Shown here: positions 45,926 through 56,451 of the stretch, in pieces
How the letters are laid out: each line of letters starts with the position of its first letter
How positions within the stretch are numbered: position 1 is the stretch's first letter
Virus record (IMG/VR): IMGVR_UViG_3300028394_002328
Location: 271,036 to 335,035 of that record
Strand: one strand, 5' to 3'
Length of the DNA: 64,000 nt
Notes under the pieces: generated by a model
Databases searched by the model: none
Seen by the model: the letters and a program-made list of their open reading frames with translations, nothing else
Told to the model about the DNA's origin: nothing
Position numbers and translations under genes: made by a program

Positions 45926-48244
45926 TTATAATTTACAGGCCAAACAATCTTCTTCATCATCAAAATTAATAGGGGCAAGAGGAGCCTCTTCTATAACTGA
46001 TTTACTTCCTGCTTTATTAATCAAACTATAGTAAAAAGTTTTTAAACCCCAAATATGAGCTTGCATCAGATTTTTAGCTATAAGTGTTGTAGGAACTTTA
46101 CGATCAGGGAAAAATGCCGGATTGTAGAAAGTATTAGTACTAATGCTTTGGTCTATATAAGCAGCCAATACAGCGGCGGTTTTGATGTAACCATCACAGT
46201 CTCGCTGATCCCACATTAGTTGATATTTGTTTTTTAGTTTTTGATATTCAGGTACTACTTGAACGAAAGAACCAGCTTTGCTTTCTTTTACAGAGATTAA
46301 ACTCATTGGCATCTCAATACCATTTGTAGAGTTAATAACTACTGAGGAAGATTCAACTGGTGCTATAGCCATTAATGTAGCATTACGAACACCGTGTTTC
46401 ATCATGTTTTCTCTGAGAGTTTCCCAATCAAGTTCAGGACTAAATTCTGCCAAATCGTTAACTGCTTCGGCTCGTAACTCCCACGGAAAGATACCTTGTC
46501 CATATCGTGTTCTAGCACTTTCTCTGCAAGGTCCACGTTCTTTGGCTAATTCTACAGTGGCTTCTGTTAGATAATATGCTTGATGCTCAACCCAAGTTTT
46601 AACATCTTGAAGTGCATCCTTTTCACCGTACTTGTAACCACGTTTGGCATGCCAGTAGGCCAAGTTAGTTACTCCAATGCCAAGTGGTTGAATTTCTTCA
46701 TTACTTAGTTTAGATTGGATACTAAGGTAGTCCTGATAATCAAGGATATTGCACAGGCTGCGCTGGAGAATGCGACAAGCACGACGCATATCCTCAGGAT
46801 TTCTGAACGCACCCCAGTTAATCGATCCCAAGGTACAAAGAGCGATACGGCCATCGCTGTCATCCAAACGCTTAAAAGGACGGGTAGGGAGTAGAATTTC
46901 ACAGCAAAGATTACTTTGGTAAATTGTATGGTACTCGGGATCAAATGGACCCTGCTTCATAACATTGTCAATGAACACTAAGTAGATACGTCCTGTATCT
47001 GTGCGTTCTTTTAATATGCCACTCTTAAATACTTCTTCAGCACTGATAGTTTTTTTACGAAGACCATCTTGGTGTTCGTATTTTACATAGAGTTTTTCAA
47101 AGAGTTCGGTGTTTTTGTAGAAGGCTTCGTAGAGGTCCGGTACTTGGTTTGGATCGAAGAACGTAATATTCTCTTTGTTCTTAAACCTACGCCAGAAGAA
47201 TGCTGAGAGTACGACACCATAGTCCATATGTCTGACTCGGGTTTCTTCTGTTCCTTGATTATTTTTGAGCACAATAAGGTCATCAAATTGGTGATGCCAA
47301 ATCGGATAGAACACAGTCGCCGAAGCATTTCTAATCCCTCCTTGTGAACAGGAGCGCAAGTCCCCAAACCATTTCTTTAAGAACGGAATCATGCCAGTAT
47401 GCATGATCTCGCCTCCCCTAATTGGGCTACCCAATGGGCGTAGCCTACCAATCTCTAAACCTATGCCAGCACGTTTACTAGCATACTTGGCCATCATTTC
47501 TCCACTAGCAAATATGGAGTCAAGATCATCATCACTGCGTATGAGAACACAACTAGAAAACTGCTTTGTAGGAGTCCCAAGCCCAGCAAGAACAGGAGTA
47601 GCGAGAGTAAATAACCCATCACTGGCTGCATTGTAATACTCCTTGATATATTTTAATCTTGCTGAAAGCGGTTCTTCTTTATGAAAGATTGTCGCGGCAG
47701 CGATCATATAACGAACTTGCGGCGTTTCATAAATTTCTTTTGAACTACGATTTCGTACCAAATACTTTTCAATTAATTGTTCAATTGCCGCATAACTATA
47801 TTGTTCATCCCTTCCATGATCAATAAAAGCTTCCATTTTATTCCAATCATCTTCACTATACCATTCTAATAATTCAGGGGTATATAAACCCACTTTTATA
47901 TTTCGTACAACAACATCATAGAGTTTAGGAACAGTATAGCTTCCGTAAACATCTTTGCGTAGCATACTTAAACGCTGTTTACCTGCAACATATTGGTAAT
48001 TAGTGTGACCTACATCAGGATTGGTCTCAACGTCAATCAAGTCAACAATAGCTCTTAATGTAATTTCATCAATTTCTTTAGTCGTTATGCCATCATAAAA
48101 ATGTGGTTGCGCTTTGATTTCTATCATACTTTGGCTTACATCAGCAATGCCTGTACATATATTTGCAATTTGCGCTTGCCATTTTTCTATTGTAAGGGGC
48201 TCTTTTAAGCCTGAACGCTTAACGACATTTATTCTCATGTTCAA
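45926..48244 (-). CDS. nrdA: Ribonucleotide reductase class Ia alpha subunit with ATP cone
   Basis: VVKRSG ATP cone, QFSSCV, QSNLCCEI, ALCTL, APVESSS, KTFYY, C-terminal CLAC. Confidence 0.98.
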   Translation of the reverse strand: MNMRINVVKRSGLKEPLTIEKWQAQIANICTGIADVSQSMIEIKAQPHFYDGITTKEIDEITLRAIVDLIDVETNPDVGHTNYQYVAGKQRLSMLRKDVYGSYTVPKLYDVVVRNIKVGLYTPELLEWYSEDDWNKMEAFIDHGRDEQYSYAAIEQLIEKYLVRNRSSKEIYETPQVRYMIAAATIFHKEEPLSARLKYIKEYYNAASDGLFTLATPVLAGLGTPTKQFSSCVLIRSDDDLDSIFASGEMMAKYASKRAGIGLEIGRLRPLGSPIRGGEIMHTGMIPFLKKWFGDLRSCSQGGIRNASATVFYPIWHHQFDDLIVLKNNQGTEETRVRHMDYGVVLSAFFWRRFKNKENITFFDPNQVPDLYEAFYKNTELFEKLYVKYEHQDGLRKKTISAEEVFKSGILKERTDTGRIYLVFIDNVMKQGPFDPEYHTIYQSNLCCEILLPTRPFKRLDDSDGRIALCTLGSINWGAFRNPEDMRRACRILQRSLCNILDYQDYLSIQSKLSNEEIQPLGIGVTNLAYWHAKRGYKYGEKDALQDVKTWVEHQAYYLTEATVELAKERGPCRESARTRYGQGIFPWELRAEAVNDLAEFSPELDWETLRENMMKHGVRNATLMAIAPVESSSVVINSTNGIEMPMSLISVKESKAGSFVQVVPEYQKLKNKYQLMWDQRDCDGYIKTAAVLAAYIDQSISTNTFYNPAFFPDRKVPTTLIAKNLMQAHIWGLKTFYYSLINKAGSKSVIEEAPLAPINFDDEEDCLACKL

Positions 48245-48681
48245 CCTATTTTTTTAATTATTTTAGAAATATCTATTAATTTAGAAATTTTAAAATCTTG
48301 TAGACAACTATTTACTACCATATTGGGCCAGTAATTAAGTATATATTTTGCATCATCTACCAAAACCAACACAACATCTTCATTATTATAGTCTTTAGCG
48401 TGGGCAAAGTCAACACGATCTACGCCCAATAGTAGTAGAGTGTACACCATACCCAAACCACGAGCAATAGTACAGTAGTTATTTTCTGCTAATAATTCCC
48501 ATGGATTGGGCCAATCATTAATAAAATCAGTATGAAGGTAATGATTGACCAGTGGTGCATGTTGCCACCACCGATCAATTTCTACACAGGTAGTTTTTAA
48601 CTCTTTATCTTCTAATGACTGTCGTAGACGATACCAACTCTTTAATCTAGTATCATATGCTGATTGAAATACATTGGACAT
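48241..48681 (-). CDS. Hypothetical protein
   Basis: 146 aa, coupled to nrdA. Confidence 0.65.
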   Translation of the reverse strand: MSNVFQSAYDTRLKSWYRLRQSLEDKELKTTCVEIDRWWQHAPLVNHYLHTDFINDWPNPWELLAENNYCTIARGLGMVYTLLLLGVDRVDFAHAKDYNNEDVVLVLVDDAKYILNYWPNMVVNSCLQDFKISKLIDISKIIKKIG

Positions 48682-49134
48682 TTATTTGAGTTCAACGCCA
48701 AATGACTCAAGTGCTTCTAATACTACATCATGGGTAACAAATGATTCAGCATTGAATTCACATTGTTCCCATAACCAAAATTGTTTTTCTCTTAGGTATT
48801 TTCTATCTTTAAGTAGATTAACATTTTCAGGGTGACCAAATATTACAGGATCGCTTTGGCCCCAAAGTACTATACCTGGTTTACCTTGATCCCAACAATA
48901 ATGTTGGAAAAAACTATCAATACCCATCCAAGTTTTACATTCTTTAATCAATTCAGCGAGGTCTTCTAACGATAAATTTTGTCTAAAATCAGCCACTAGC
49001 GGTACTTCACCTTCTACCCCAACTTGAACAATATGCTCTTTGACTTGAGCAATTACTTCTTCCCAATATGGATAATTTTTAGGATGTTGTTTTCCATTAC
49101 GCATTGTCTTTGCGTAGGGTGATAAAATAATCAT
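48682..49134 (-). CDS. GT9 (heptosyltransferase-like) single-lobe protein
   Basis: KNYPYW, LEDLAELI, GIDSF..H, GIVLWG...P..FG. Confidence 0.7.
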   Translation of the reverse strand: MIILSPYAKTMRNGKQHPKNYPYWEEVIAQVKEHIVQVGVEGEVPLVADFRQNLSLEDLAELIKECKTWMGIDSFFQHYCWDQGKPGIVLWGQSDPVIFGHPENVNLLKDRKYLREKQFWLWEQCEFNAESFVTHDVVLEALESFGVELK

Positions 49135-49622
49135 TTAAATGCTTCCACAGTTAAAAATAAATGAGCAGGATAATGCTCTAGGTATTTGCTAGCGGCAGGT
49201 AATCTATTTACTTTGTTAAACCCTGTCCACATCAGATGGGTACGGAGTTGGTCTTCAGTAAATAAAAACAAATGTTCCTGACCTTTAATCCAAGGCATTG
49301 AGAAAAAATGCCCATATAAATGTATTCTATAGTCAGGTGAGCCATTAACAAAATCTCTGCAACTTGCTAAGAAGTCAGGTGTTTCTAAATATAATCTACC
49401 ATTTGGTTTTAAAACCCTATGCCATTCTTTAAGTACATCTTTACCTTTATGCCAATCAAAGTGTTCAATAATATGAAATGCTTTTATTTCATCTACTGAA
49501 TTATCTTCATAGGGTATTGTGCTTACATCAAACCTAGCGTCAACTTTTCCATCATGATACAAGTCTACATTAACATATCCATCGATATAATCATCACCGC
49601 ATGCTAAATTTAACTTAATCAT
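49131..49622 (-). CDS. SAM-dependent methyltransferase
   Basis: LNLACG, NVD, IIEH, RVLKPNG.L..ETPD. Confidence 0.9.
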   Translation of the reverse strand: MIKLNLACGDDYIDGYVNVDLYHDGKVDARFDVSTIPYEDNSVDEIKAFHIIEHFDWHKGKDVLKEWHRVLKPNGRLYLETPDFLASCRDFVNGSPDYRIHLYGHFFSMPWIKGQEHLFLFTEDQLRTHLMWTGFNKVNRLPAASKYLEHYPAHLFLTVEAFK

Positions 49623-50602
49623 GTCTTATCCACATATAGTTTTCTAAATCCATCTTCCAAACTGCCTGTCCAATTCCATTGATCCATCTTCTGATAAACA
49701 TTGAAATGTTCAATTGCACCAAATAACTGTTTGGCTTCGGCTATACTTCTACCAGGAACAATGTCAGGATAGCAAGTAAAAATGATAGGATTTTTAATAT
49801 CAGGTAATACTTTCTTAAACACTATATGATCACCCATACCACAGTCTAATACAACTATAGTACTATCTCCAAGATTCATTATGTTTTTGAATATCTGTTC
49901 ATCATGCATGAACATTTCATAATGACCATCTCTTATACCACCATCTCTATTTTTTAAATGCCAAGTAACTGCATTTGGTACTATAAGATTTTTATATCCA
50001 CGCTGTTTTAGTGCATAGGTAAATAGAGTTTCTTCTCTATGTGCTATTCTACTTAAGCCCAAATGATAATCTGCTATTCCTGCTCTATATAAAAATGAAC
50101 AATGTAAATGGTCTACTTCTTGTTTTTCTTTAATATAATACCACTGTAAATTGCCTTCATTATAAATGTCTTCAATTTTACCAGTAGCCTGTATTTCTCC
50201 ACCTAATGGAGGTGTTAATACACTACCACCTACTCCACCAACATCATCCGCAGTATGTGAATATAATACTTCTAGTGTATTGGCTTCGGCAACTGTATCG
50301 TCATCCATGCGCCAAACCCATTTATATCCCATTCTATTTGCTTTGTCATGATTAAAATGTTGACCTTTCTTTTCAGCAAATAACCATTCCCATTGAATGC
50401 CTTTTTGATCTAGCATTTGAAAAATGTATAGATAATGCTGATGTTCTCTTACATCAATAGGTTCTACATTATCATCAAATACAATGAGTTTATCGGGCTT
50501 CAATGTTTGATTAACTACACTCATCATTGCTAATGGCAATGTAGTATCGTATCGACCTCTAGTAGAAATGGAACATAATATGTTTTTACTCATCTTTTCC
50601 AA
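49619..50602 (-). CDS. GT2-family glycosyltransferase with C-terminal extension
   Basis: VWRMDDD, HREET; C-terminal GMGDHI (GT9 N-lobe-like). Confidence 0.8.
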   Translation of the reverse strand: MEKMSKNILCSISTRGRYDTTLPLAMMSVVNQTLKPDKLIVFDDNVEPIDVREHQHYLYIFQMLDQKGIQWEWLFAEKKGQHFNHDKANRMGYKWVWRMDDDTVAEANTLEVLYSHTADDVGGVGGSVLTPPLGGEIQATGKIEDIYNEGNLQWYYIKEKQEVDHLHCSFLYRAGIADYHLGLSRIAHREETLFTYALKQRGYKNLIVPNAVTWHLKNRDGGIRDGHYEMFMHDEQIFKNIMNLGDSTIVVLDCGMGDHIVFKKVLPDIKNPIIFTCYPDIVPGRSIAEAKQLFGAIEHFNVYQKMDQWNWTGSLEDGFRKLYVDKT

Positions 50603-52575
50603 CGTTGGTTACAATAAGGAAGTTCTTTCCAATTAAATTTATTACCCAAATGATCTACTTCATACCAATATATTTGGTCTGATCTTAAATTAGTAAATCC
50701 AAATTCTTTTAGTTTATTTTCTATTATCTCTTTGCCTTTATAAGTAGGATGTAAGTCAGTATGAATTTCTAGCACAATTTCGTTAATTCTATTCATTTCT
50801 TCTTGAGTCGCATTTAAAATAATATCGTATTCAGCACCTTCACAGTCTAGTTTTAATAATATGTTATTACCTTCTATCATTTTTAATAATATAGGCAAAG
50901 ATAGACTACGAACCAATTCATGCTCAGTTGTAATATTATACATACTATTTGCACCGGCATTGTCATTATTAATGCTTACACTAATATATTTCCCATGCTC
51001 TGCTGCCACTACATTTTTTAATGCGATTATAGAAGATAAGCCTGATCGTTTTACATTAGATTGAAAAATGTTAAAAGTTTTAGAAACAGGTTCAATTCCT
51101 ATTACCTTTTTAGCTCCCATTGCTCCGGCTAGTAATGAAAAGGCTCCTATATTTGCTCCCACATCTATAACTGATCTACCTGTTAATTCTTCTTTAGTAA
51201 GATTGTATTGATTTGATTCAATAACTTCACGATGCATATTAGCATCTTGTTCTTTTAGCCAACTCAAATCTATAGTTTCATCTTTATCCCAAATACATAA
51301 CATTAAGTTTATATTCTCAGGGTCACCTCTTACTAAAGGATCGTCTAATAATCTTCCATCAGGTGCTATATATTTAAATTTAAAACTAGGGAAATATAAT
51401 TCATCTAACATATGTAGTTTATGATGTGGACCCCATTTACCCGGTGGCTCAAGCATAGGAACCGTTATCATTAATCTTTTACAATGCTTTTTTAGTCTTT
51501 CAACAATTTCTAATCCGTTTTCCAAATGCTCAATTACTTCAAAAGCAACTATAGTATCATACTGATATAATTCAAAATTATTAATATCAGCATTAATAAA
51601 CTGTGCATTATATCCCCAATCTTGATCTTTGGCTGCTTTAATTATATACTTGTCATAATCTAATCCAGTATATTCAATAGTGTTAGGAAAGAATTGAATT
51701 CCATAACCACTAGTGCATCCTAATTCAAAAACCTTAGTTCCTAATAGATTTTCTGCGGCCCACCGATATCTAGTTACTTCTCGGTCATACACAGGATCAC
51801 CCTTGAAAAATACAGCCCTCTCCCAATAATTTGAAAGACGCCATTTATACCAATCAGGATTATATTTTCTTGCTAGAGTTAATGAATTTTCTAAAAATAC
51901 ATCATTATAATCATTTACTAGTTTAGAATCGTGCATTGTGCCTTCACCCTTATGATATATAGGGAATTCGCCGATATGTAGATTAGTAGTAGTATCCCAA
52001 GATTTGTTAAGTACTTCACATACTTCAAACCCTGCATTTTCTGCTTCAATACAGAATTCTGTATCTTCTCCGCCACCTACACCATAATCCATGCTTAATA
52101 AACCAATACTATCAAACACTTTTTTATGAATCATTACACAAAAGAATACAGCAAAGTCTCTGCCTGCTGGCTCACTATGACCTTTAATGATACAACTAAT
52201 GCCGCATTTTGGATTACTAATAAAAGGACTTTCTAGTAAGTTTAGCCAACCATTTACTTCATGAGGTAATAATATTGCATCATTGTTTAACAGTATTATT
52301 AAGTCCGTCGTTGCTAATTTAATGGCAGGATTACATGCGCCTGAGTATCCAAGTGGTTCATTAGCCCATGCGATTTTAAAATGCTTTTTTAATCCTAAAT
52401 ATGTAAACTTTTCTGATAACGCACCCAAATACTCTAGCGTATTATCAGTACATCCATTAGCGCTGACTATTAACTCAATATCTTCTATGTTAGAATATGC
52501 TAGTATAGATTCAATACAAGGTTTTAATAAATCATCACAATGATTATAAGTGGGAATTACTATACTATATTTCAT
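50590..52575 (-). CDS. GT2 + methyltransferase + FkbM methyltransferase fusion
   Basis: SIVIPTYN, LLNND, GEDTEFC; ELGCTSG..FEVIEH; IDVGANIG..LKLDCEGAE. Confidence 0.88.
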   Translation of the reverse strand: MKYSIVIPTYNHCDDLLKPCIESILAYSNIEDIELIVSANGCTDNTLEYLGALSEKFTYLGLKKHFKIAWANEPLGYSGACNPAIKLATTDLIILLNNDAILLPHEVNGWLNLLESPFISNPKCGISCIIKGHSEPAGRDFAVFFCVMIHKKVFDSIGLLSMDYGVGGGEDTEFCIEAENAGFEVCEVLNKSWDTTTNLHIGEFPIYHKGEGTMHDSKLVNDYNDVFLENSLTLARKYNPDWYKWRLSNYWERAVFFKGDPVYDREVTRYRWAAENLLGTKVFELGCTSGYGIQFFPNTIEYTGLDYDKYIIKAAKDQDWGYNAQFINADINNFELYQYDTIVAFEVIEHLENGLEIVERLKKHCKRLMITVPMLEPPGKWGPHHKLHMLDELYFPSFKFKYIAPDGRLLDDPLVRGDPENINLMLCIWDKDETIDLSWLKEQDANMHREVIESNQYNLTKEELTGRSVIDVGANIGAFSLLAGAMGAKKVIGIEPVSKTFNIFQSNVKRSGLSSIIALKNVVAAEHGKYISVSINNDNAGANSMYNITTEHELVRSLSLPILLKMIEGNNILLKLDCEGAEYDIILNATQEEMNRINEIVLEIHTDLHPTYKGKEIIENKLKEFGFTNLRSDQIYWYEVDHLGNKFNWKELPYCNQRWKR

Positions 52576-53327
52576 ATTGTACCTGTGTGTTTATTTGCTT
52601 CATACCACTCTAGATTATACTTCTTAGCAAGCCTTAGTTCATTATTTCTAAATGTTTGATTCCAATTCTGAACTAGATTAGGATCATGAACAGTACCCTC
52701 ACCACGATGATATATGGGGAAAGTACCTACGTGTAGCATTGCTTCATTAGACCATACCATTTGAACAGGTTGAATAATTGAAAACCCTGCTAATTCTGCT
52801 TCCATACAAAATTCAATATCCTCTCCACTACCCGTACCATAATCTTCGTTTAATAATCCAATCTTATCAAATACTTTACGGTCAATCATAACACAGAAAA
52901 ATATTCCAAAATTTCTTTTTATTATTTCGCTATACTTTAGTAGTACTGCGGTAATTCCACAGTTACTATCATCAAATCCATTGTTAAGTAGAGTTAACCA
53001 ATCATTTTTATTTTGAGGTAGTAGTACTGCATCATTGTTAAACAATACTATTCTATTAGTTGTTGCAACTTTAATACCAGCATTTGTTGCTTTTGGATAA
53101 CCTAAGGGATTATTATCCCAAACTATCTTAAGATGATTTTCTAATCTAAGATAGTTGAATTTTTCTTTTAGATTTCCTAAGTATTCCAAAGTATTGTCAG
53201 TACATCCATTAGCACTGATAATAAGTTCTATATCTGTTATATTTGAATATTCAAATATAGATTCTATACATGGTTTTAGTAAATCATTGCAATGATTATA
53301 GGTAGGGATTACTATACTGTATTTCAT
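52572..53327 (-). CDS. GT2-family glycosyltransferase, paralog of the next gene's N-terminus
   Basis: MKYSIVIPTYNHC.DLLKPCIESI shared; LFNND, GEDIEFC. Confidence 0.9.
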   Translation of the reverse strand: MKYSIVIPTYNHCNDLLKPCIESIFEYSNITDIELIISANGCTDNTLEYLGNLKEKFNYLRLENHLKIVWDNNPLGYPKATNAGIKVATTNRIVLFNNDAVLLPQNKNDWLTLLNNGFDDSNCGITAVLLKYSEIIKRNFGIFFCVMIDRKVFDKIGLLNEDYGTGSGEDIEFCMEAELAGFSIIQPVQMVWSNEAMLHVGTFPIYHRGEGTVHDPNLVQNWNQTFRNNELRLAKKYNLEWYEANKHTGTI

Positions 53328-53387
53328 TTACTTTCCTCTGTTCTACTTATGACAGTAGATTTTAGTCAGTAAATTTATATTAGCCAC

Positions 53388-53411
53388 AAAAAAGCGCACC
53401 GAAGTGCGCTT
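53388..53411 (-). terminator. Intrinsic terminator after the major capsid gene
   Basis: AAGCGCAC-TTCG-GTGCGCTT followed by a T run (cUUCGg loop). Confidence 0.9.
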
Positions 53412-53456
53412 CCCTGTAACTTCCCATCCCGATTGAGAATTAAAGTTATTCCAATA

Positions 53457-54653
53457 TTATTGGAATGTAAGGTTAGAAACAGCAATTTCCCCAACATAGT
53501 CAGCCGCATTACCGAAAGAACTTGCGGTATTGGTTAATTCTATGTATCCGTAACGAGTCATAAATGACACGACTGGTTCGAATGTTGACGGATCAAGGAC
53601 AACACCAGAACTCATCAAAGGAATATATGGGCAATAGAACGCGGCTGCGTCTGTCTCGCTTGAACCTTTGTAACCGACTAGCACAGGAATGTTGTCAGCA
53701 GCATAACTGTCAACGAACACACGCATTGCACCGTTCAATGTACCAACGAACTTGGTGTTTGTTGGGGCTTCGAATGTGCCTTCTGTTGTGCGAGCAAAAG
53801 CAGAAGTTGTAGCACTCTGAAGAACTGTCAAGCTAGCAGAACTAACAACGGCCCAGTTACCAGCACCACGACGGGTACGCTGTGCAATCAAGTTAGCAAC
53901 ACGGTTGATTAGAACAGCTAGAGCAGCGTGTTCGTCACCAACGTATGTAGCTGTACCAGATACTGTAGCTTGGTTGTATGTATACTCTGTAGAAGCAAGA
54001 GTACGGAGTGACAAGAGGATCTCTTGGTCGATCTCAGCAGTGATCTCTTGTGCTAGAGCAGCCATGATTTCTGCTTCAACGTCAATACCATGCTGGCTTT
54101 GAGCGTCTTGTGCAGCTTCGAATGTCCAACGTGCCTGTAACTTGCGTGACTTAGCTTCAACAGCCTGTCTTAAGATTTGCACGGAAATTTGCTTACCGCC
54201 ATTACCTTCTAATGCTGCTGTATCGTTAGCAGTATAGTAGCTAGTAGAAGTAGCATCACCTTTAACTCTTGAGTAAGCCTGTGCAATTAAGAATGGGCTT
54301 AATGCTTCCTGACCAGCTGTTACGCTTGTCTGAGCAGCAGAGTTATCAGTTAATGACTGAGCATAACGGACACGTAGTGTATGGATCTGACCAACTGGGC
54401 CAGTCATTGGCTGAACACCAACCAACTCGTTAGCGATAACTGTTGGCATAACACGACGGATAACTGGAAGAATCACACGGTTTAATGTAGCGATATTGCC
54501 AGCTGTAGTTGTACCTGCGGTACTTTCAGCAAGTAGTTGCTTTTTGGTGTTTTCTAAGATAACACCCATTGTTGAGCGGCGAGTGCCTTTTAAGCCTTCT
54601 AACAGAGCTTCCTTGGTCTCGTCCCAACGGCTTTCTAATAGAACTTTTGACAT
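53457..54653 (-). CDS. Major capsid protein (T4 gp23-like)
   Basis: VGVQPMTGPVGQI, EAKSRKL.A.WT.E.AQD, EIDQE, FYCPYIPL, MTRYG. Confidence 0.97.
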   Translation of the reverse strand: MSKVLLESRWDETKEALLEGLKGTRRSTMGVILENTKKQLLAESTAGTTTAGNIATLNRVILPVIRRVMPTVIANELVGVQPMTGPVGQIHTLRVRYAQSLTDNSAAQTSVTAGQEALSPFLIAQAYSRVKGDATSTSYYTANDTAALEGNGGKQISVQILRQAVEAKSRKLQARWTFEAAQDAQSQHGIDVEAEIMAALAQEITAEIDQEILLSLRTLASTEYTYNQATVSGTATYVGDEHAALAVLINRVANLIAQRTRRGAGNWAVVSSASLTVLQSATTSAFARTTEGTFEAPTNTKFVGTLNGAMRVFVDSYAADNIPVLVGYKGSSETDAAAFYCPYIPLMSSGVVLDPSTFEPVVSFMTRYGYIELTNTASSFGNAADYVGEIAVSNLTFQ

Positions 54654-54682
54654 TTTTATTTTCTCCTAATCTATGTCTTAAA

Positions 54683-55792
54683 TTAAAGCCCTGCCAGACG
54701 CTTGATATCAATCACGTTATCACGCTCTTGGGTATCAATAATATCTTTTTTGGCAGATTTATCACCTGTCACTTCACTAATCATTTTTGATTCTGTAATT
54801 GTCTGCTTAGTAGCTTTCTTTTCAGAACCACTGTTTAGTACAGCCGGTAGATACTTTTCAAAAGCATTCTGTAACCTTGGGGTTTGAACGCTTTCTAATA
54901 AAGATAGCATTACCTTAGCCTTTTCTTCGTTCAATGGAGCAAGTAAATCACTCATTGTTTTTTCACGAAGATTAGATTCTTTGATAATACGCACTTCTTT
55001 CTCTTTGCTCTCAACTAACTGTTTAGCCTGTGAGATTAAACTCATAGACTCGGCTAGTTTTTGATCTTTCTCTTTTAACGCAGCCATTAACTTGCGTGTC
55101 TCAGCTTTTTCATTTAAATGAGTAACTGAAAACTCGCTAGCGAACGATTCAAATATTCTGCGACCGAAATTGTTTTCACGGGCGGCTTGAATATCTTCTT
55201 TAAGCTGGCTTAGTTCACCTTTAAGATGTTTAGTAACAACAGCATTCATTCTCTTAGCACTTTCTGTGACAAATTTTGCCTTTAGTGCTTCAAGTTGTTT
55301 GCGTCCTTCTGCAACTAATTTAACCTTAGCTTCAACAACTGCTTTCTTGTCCTGTGAGAATTCTTTGATTTCACGGGCAAGTGCATGAACAATAAATTGC
55401 TCTAGCTTTTGCTGACTTTCCTGCTGAATCTTGCGATCACTACGCAATTCTTTGATTTCTTCGGCTAGTTTAGTAACCATGAAATCATTGAATTTTGATG
55501 CGCTTTCACGAAGTTTCACTTGGCTTTTTACACGGTCTTCGTTCATTGCTTTTCTTTCATTATGAAATTCTTGAATTTCTTCTGAAAGATTGTCTGTTAC
55601 CATACGATCAAGGGCTTCAACCATAACGCTTCTGTCATGCTCATACTTTTGTGCAAACTCTTCTCTAAGTTCTGCACGAACCTGTTCACGAGCCTCATTC
55701 AACTTGGATTCCCAGGCTTCATTAATCTGTTGCCCTACGTCTTCATTAATAAGTCCGCTCTCAAGTAATGGTTTGATTATTTCCAATGTCAT
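54683..55792 (-). CDS. Prohead core scaffold (gp22-like)
   Basis: Coiled coil; position between protease and capsid genes. Confidence 0.85.
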   Translation of the reverse strand: MTLEIIKPLLESGLINEDVGQQINEAWESKLNEAREQVRAELREEFAQKYEHDRSVMVEALDRMVTDNLSEEIQEFHNERKAMNEDRVKSQVKLRESASKFNDFMVTKLAEEIKELRSDRKIQQESQQKLEQFIVHALAREIKEFSQDKKAVVEAKVKLVAEGRKQLEALKAKFVTESAKRMNAVVTKHLKGELSQLKEDIQAARENNFGRRIFESFASEFSVTHLNEKAETRKLMAALKEKDQKLAESMSLISQAKQLVESKEKEVRIIKESNLREKTMSDLLAPLNEEKAKVMLSLLESVQTPRLQNAFEKYLPAVLNSGSEKKATKQTITESKMISEVTGDKSAKKDIIDTQERDNVIDIKRLAGL

Positions 55793-55803
55793 TGGACATC
55801 CCC

Positions 55804-56436
55804 TTATTTAATTTTGAGATCCTTGATGAGGCGTATGACTTCCTCTTTCAAGAATTTCTCTACTTTTTTGTCGCCTTTAGCGTCTTTTACAATACTCAAC
55901 AATCTATGACCATGCTTCATGTTCATTATGCCTTCATAAATTGCCTTTGGATATGCATTAGGTGCGCTTGGTTGAGCGACAATATCTACTGTGACTATTT
56001 CAAAGTCACTTACTTTGCCGTCCATGTCGTTTACATTACCTGATCCACGACTTGATACGCCTAGTTTCACACCACTCTCCAACATAGTCTTTACTAACTG
56101 ACCCATTGGAGTTGGTAATATTTTTAGTTTTCCGAATCCATTAGCTCCGTCCATCCACATACTAGTAATCATATGTGACACACGGTCTAAATTAATTTTG
56201 AGGTCATCAGGGTGATCTACTTCACCTAGAACTGAATGACCATCTGAAATTTGCTCATTAAGAGTTTGCACGGCATTTTCAATTTCAGACACGGGGTAAA
56301 TGCGTTCATTAGCATTTTTAACCCCGCCCTGAATGAAAATTCCCTTCATGTATAGGGACTTTCCGTTAGCGTCATCTAACGACTCGACCACCATTCCTGC
56401 GCGGTCAAATGTTAAATGTTCTTTGAGATAAGCCAT
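55804..56436 (-). CDS. Prohead protease (gp21-like)
   Basis: GIFIQ..VKNAN.RIYP, GEVDHP, GVSSRGSG, D.VAQPSAP.A. Confidence 0.95.
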   Translation of the reverse strand: MAYLKEHLTFDRAGMVVESLDDANGKSLYMKGIFIQGGVKNANERIYPVSEIENAVQTLNEQISDGHSVLGEVDHPDDLKINLDRVSHMITSMWMDGANGFGKLKILPTPMGQLVKTMLESGVKLGVSSRGSGNVNDMDGKVSDFEIVTVDIVAQPSAPNAYPKAIYEGIMNMKHGHRLLSIVKDAKGDKKVEKFLKEEVIRLIKDLKIK

Positions 56437-56451
56437 TTCTCTCAGATTCTC

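Noticed and set aside
43663-48244. Introns or inteins in nrdA/nrdB
   Set aside because: Both ORFs are continuous and of normal length
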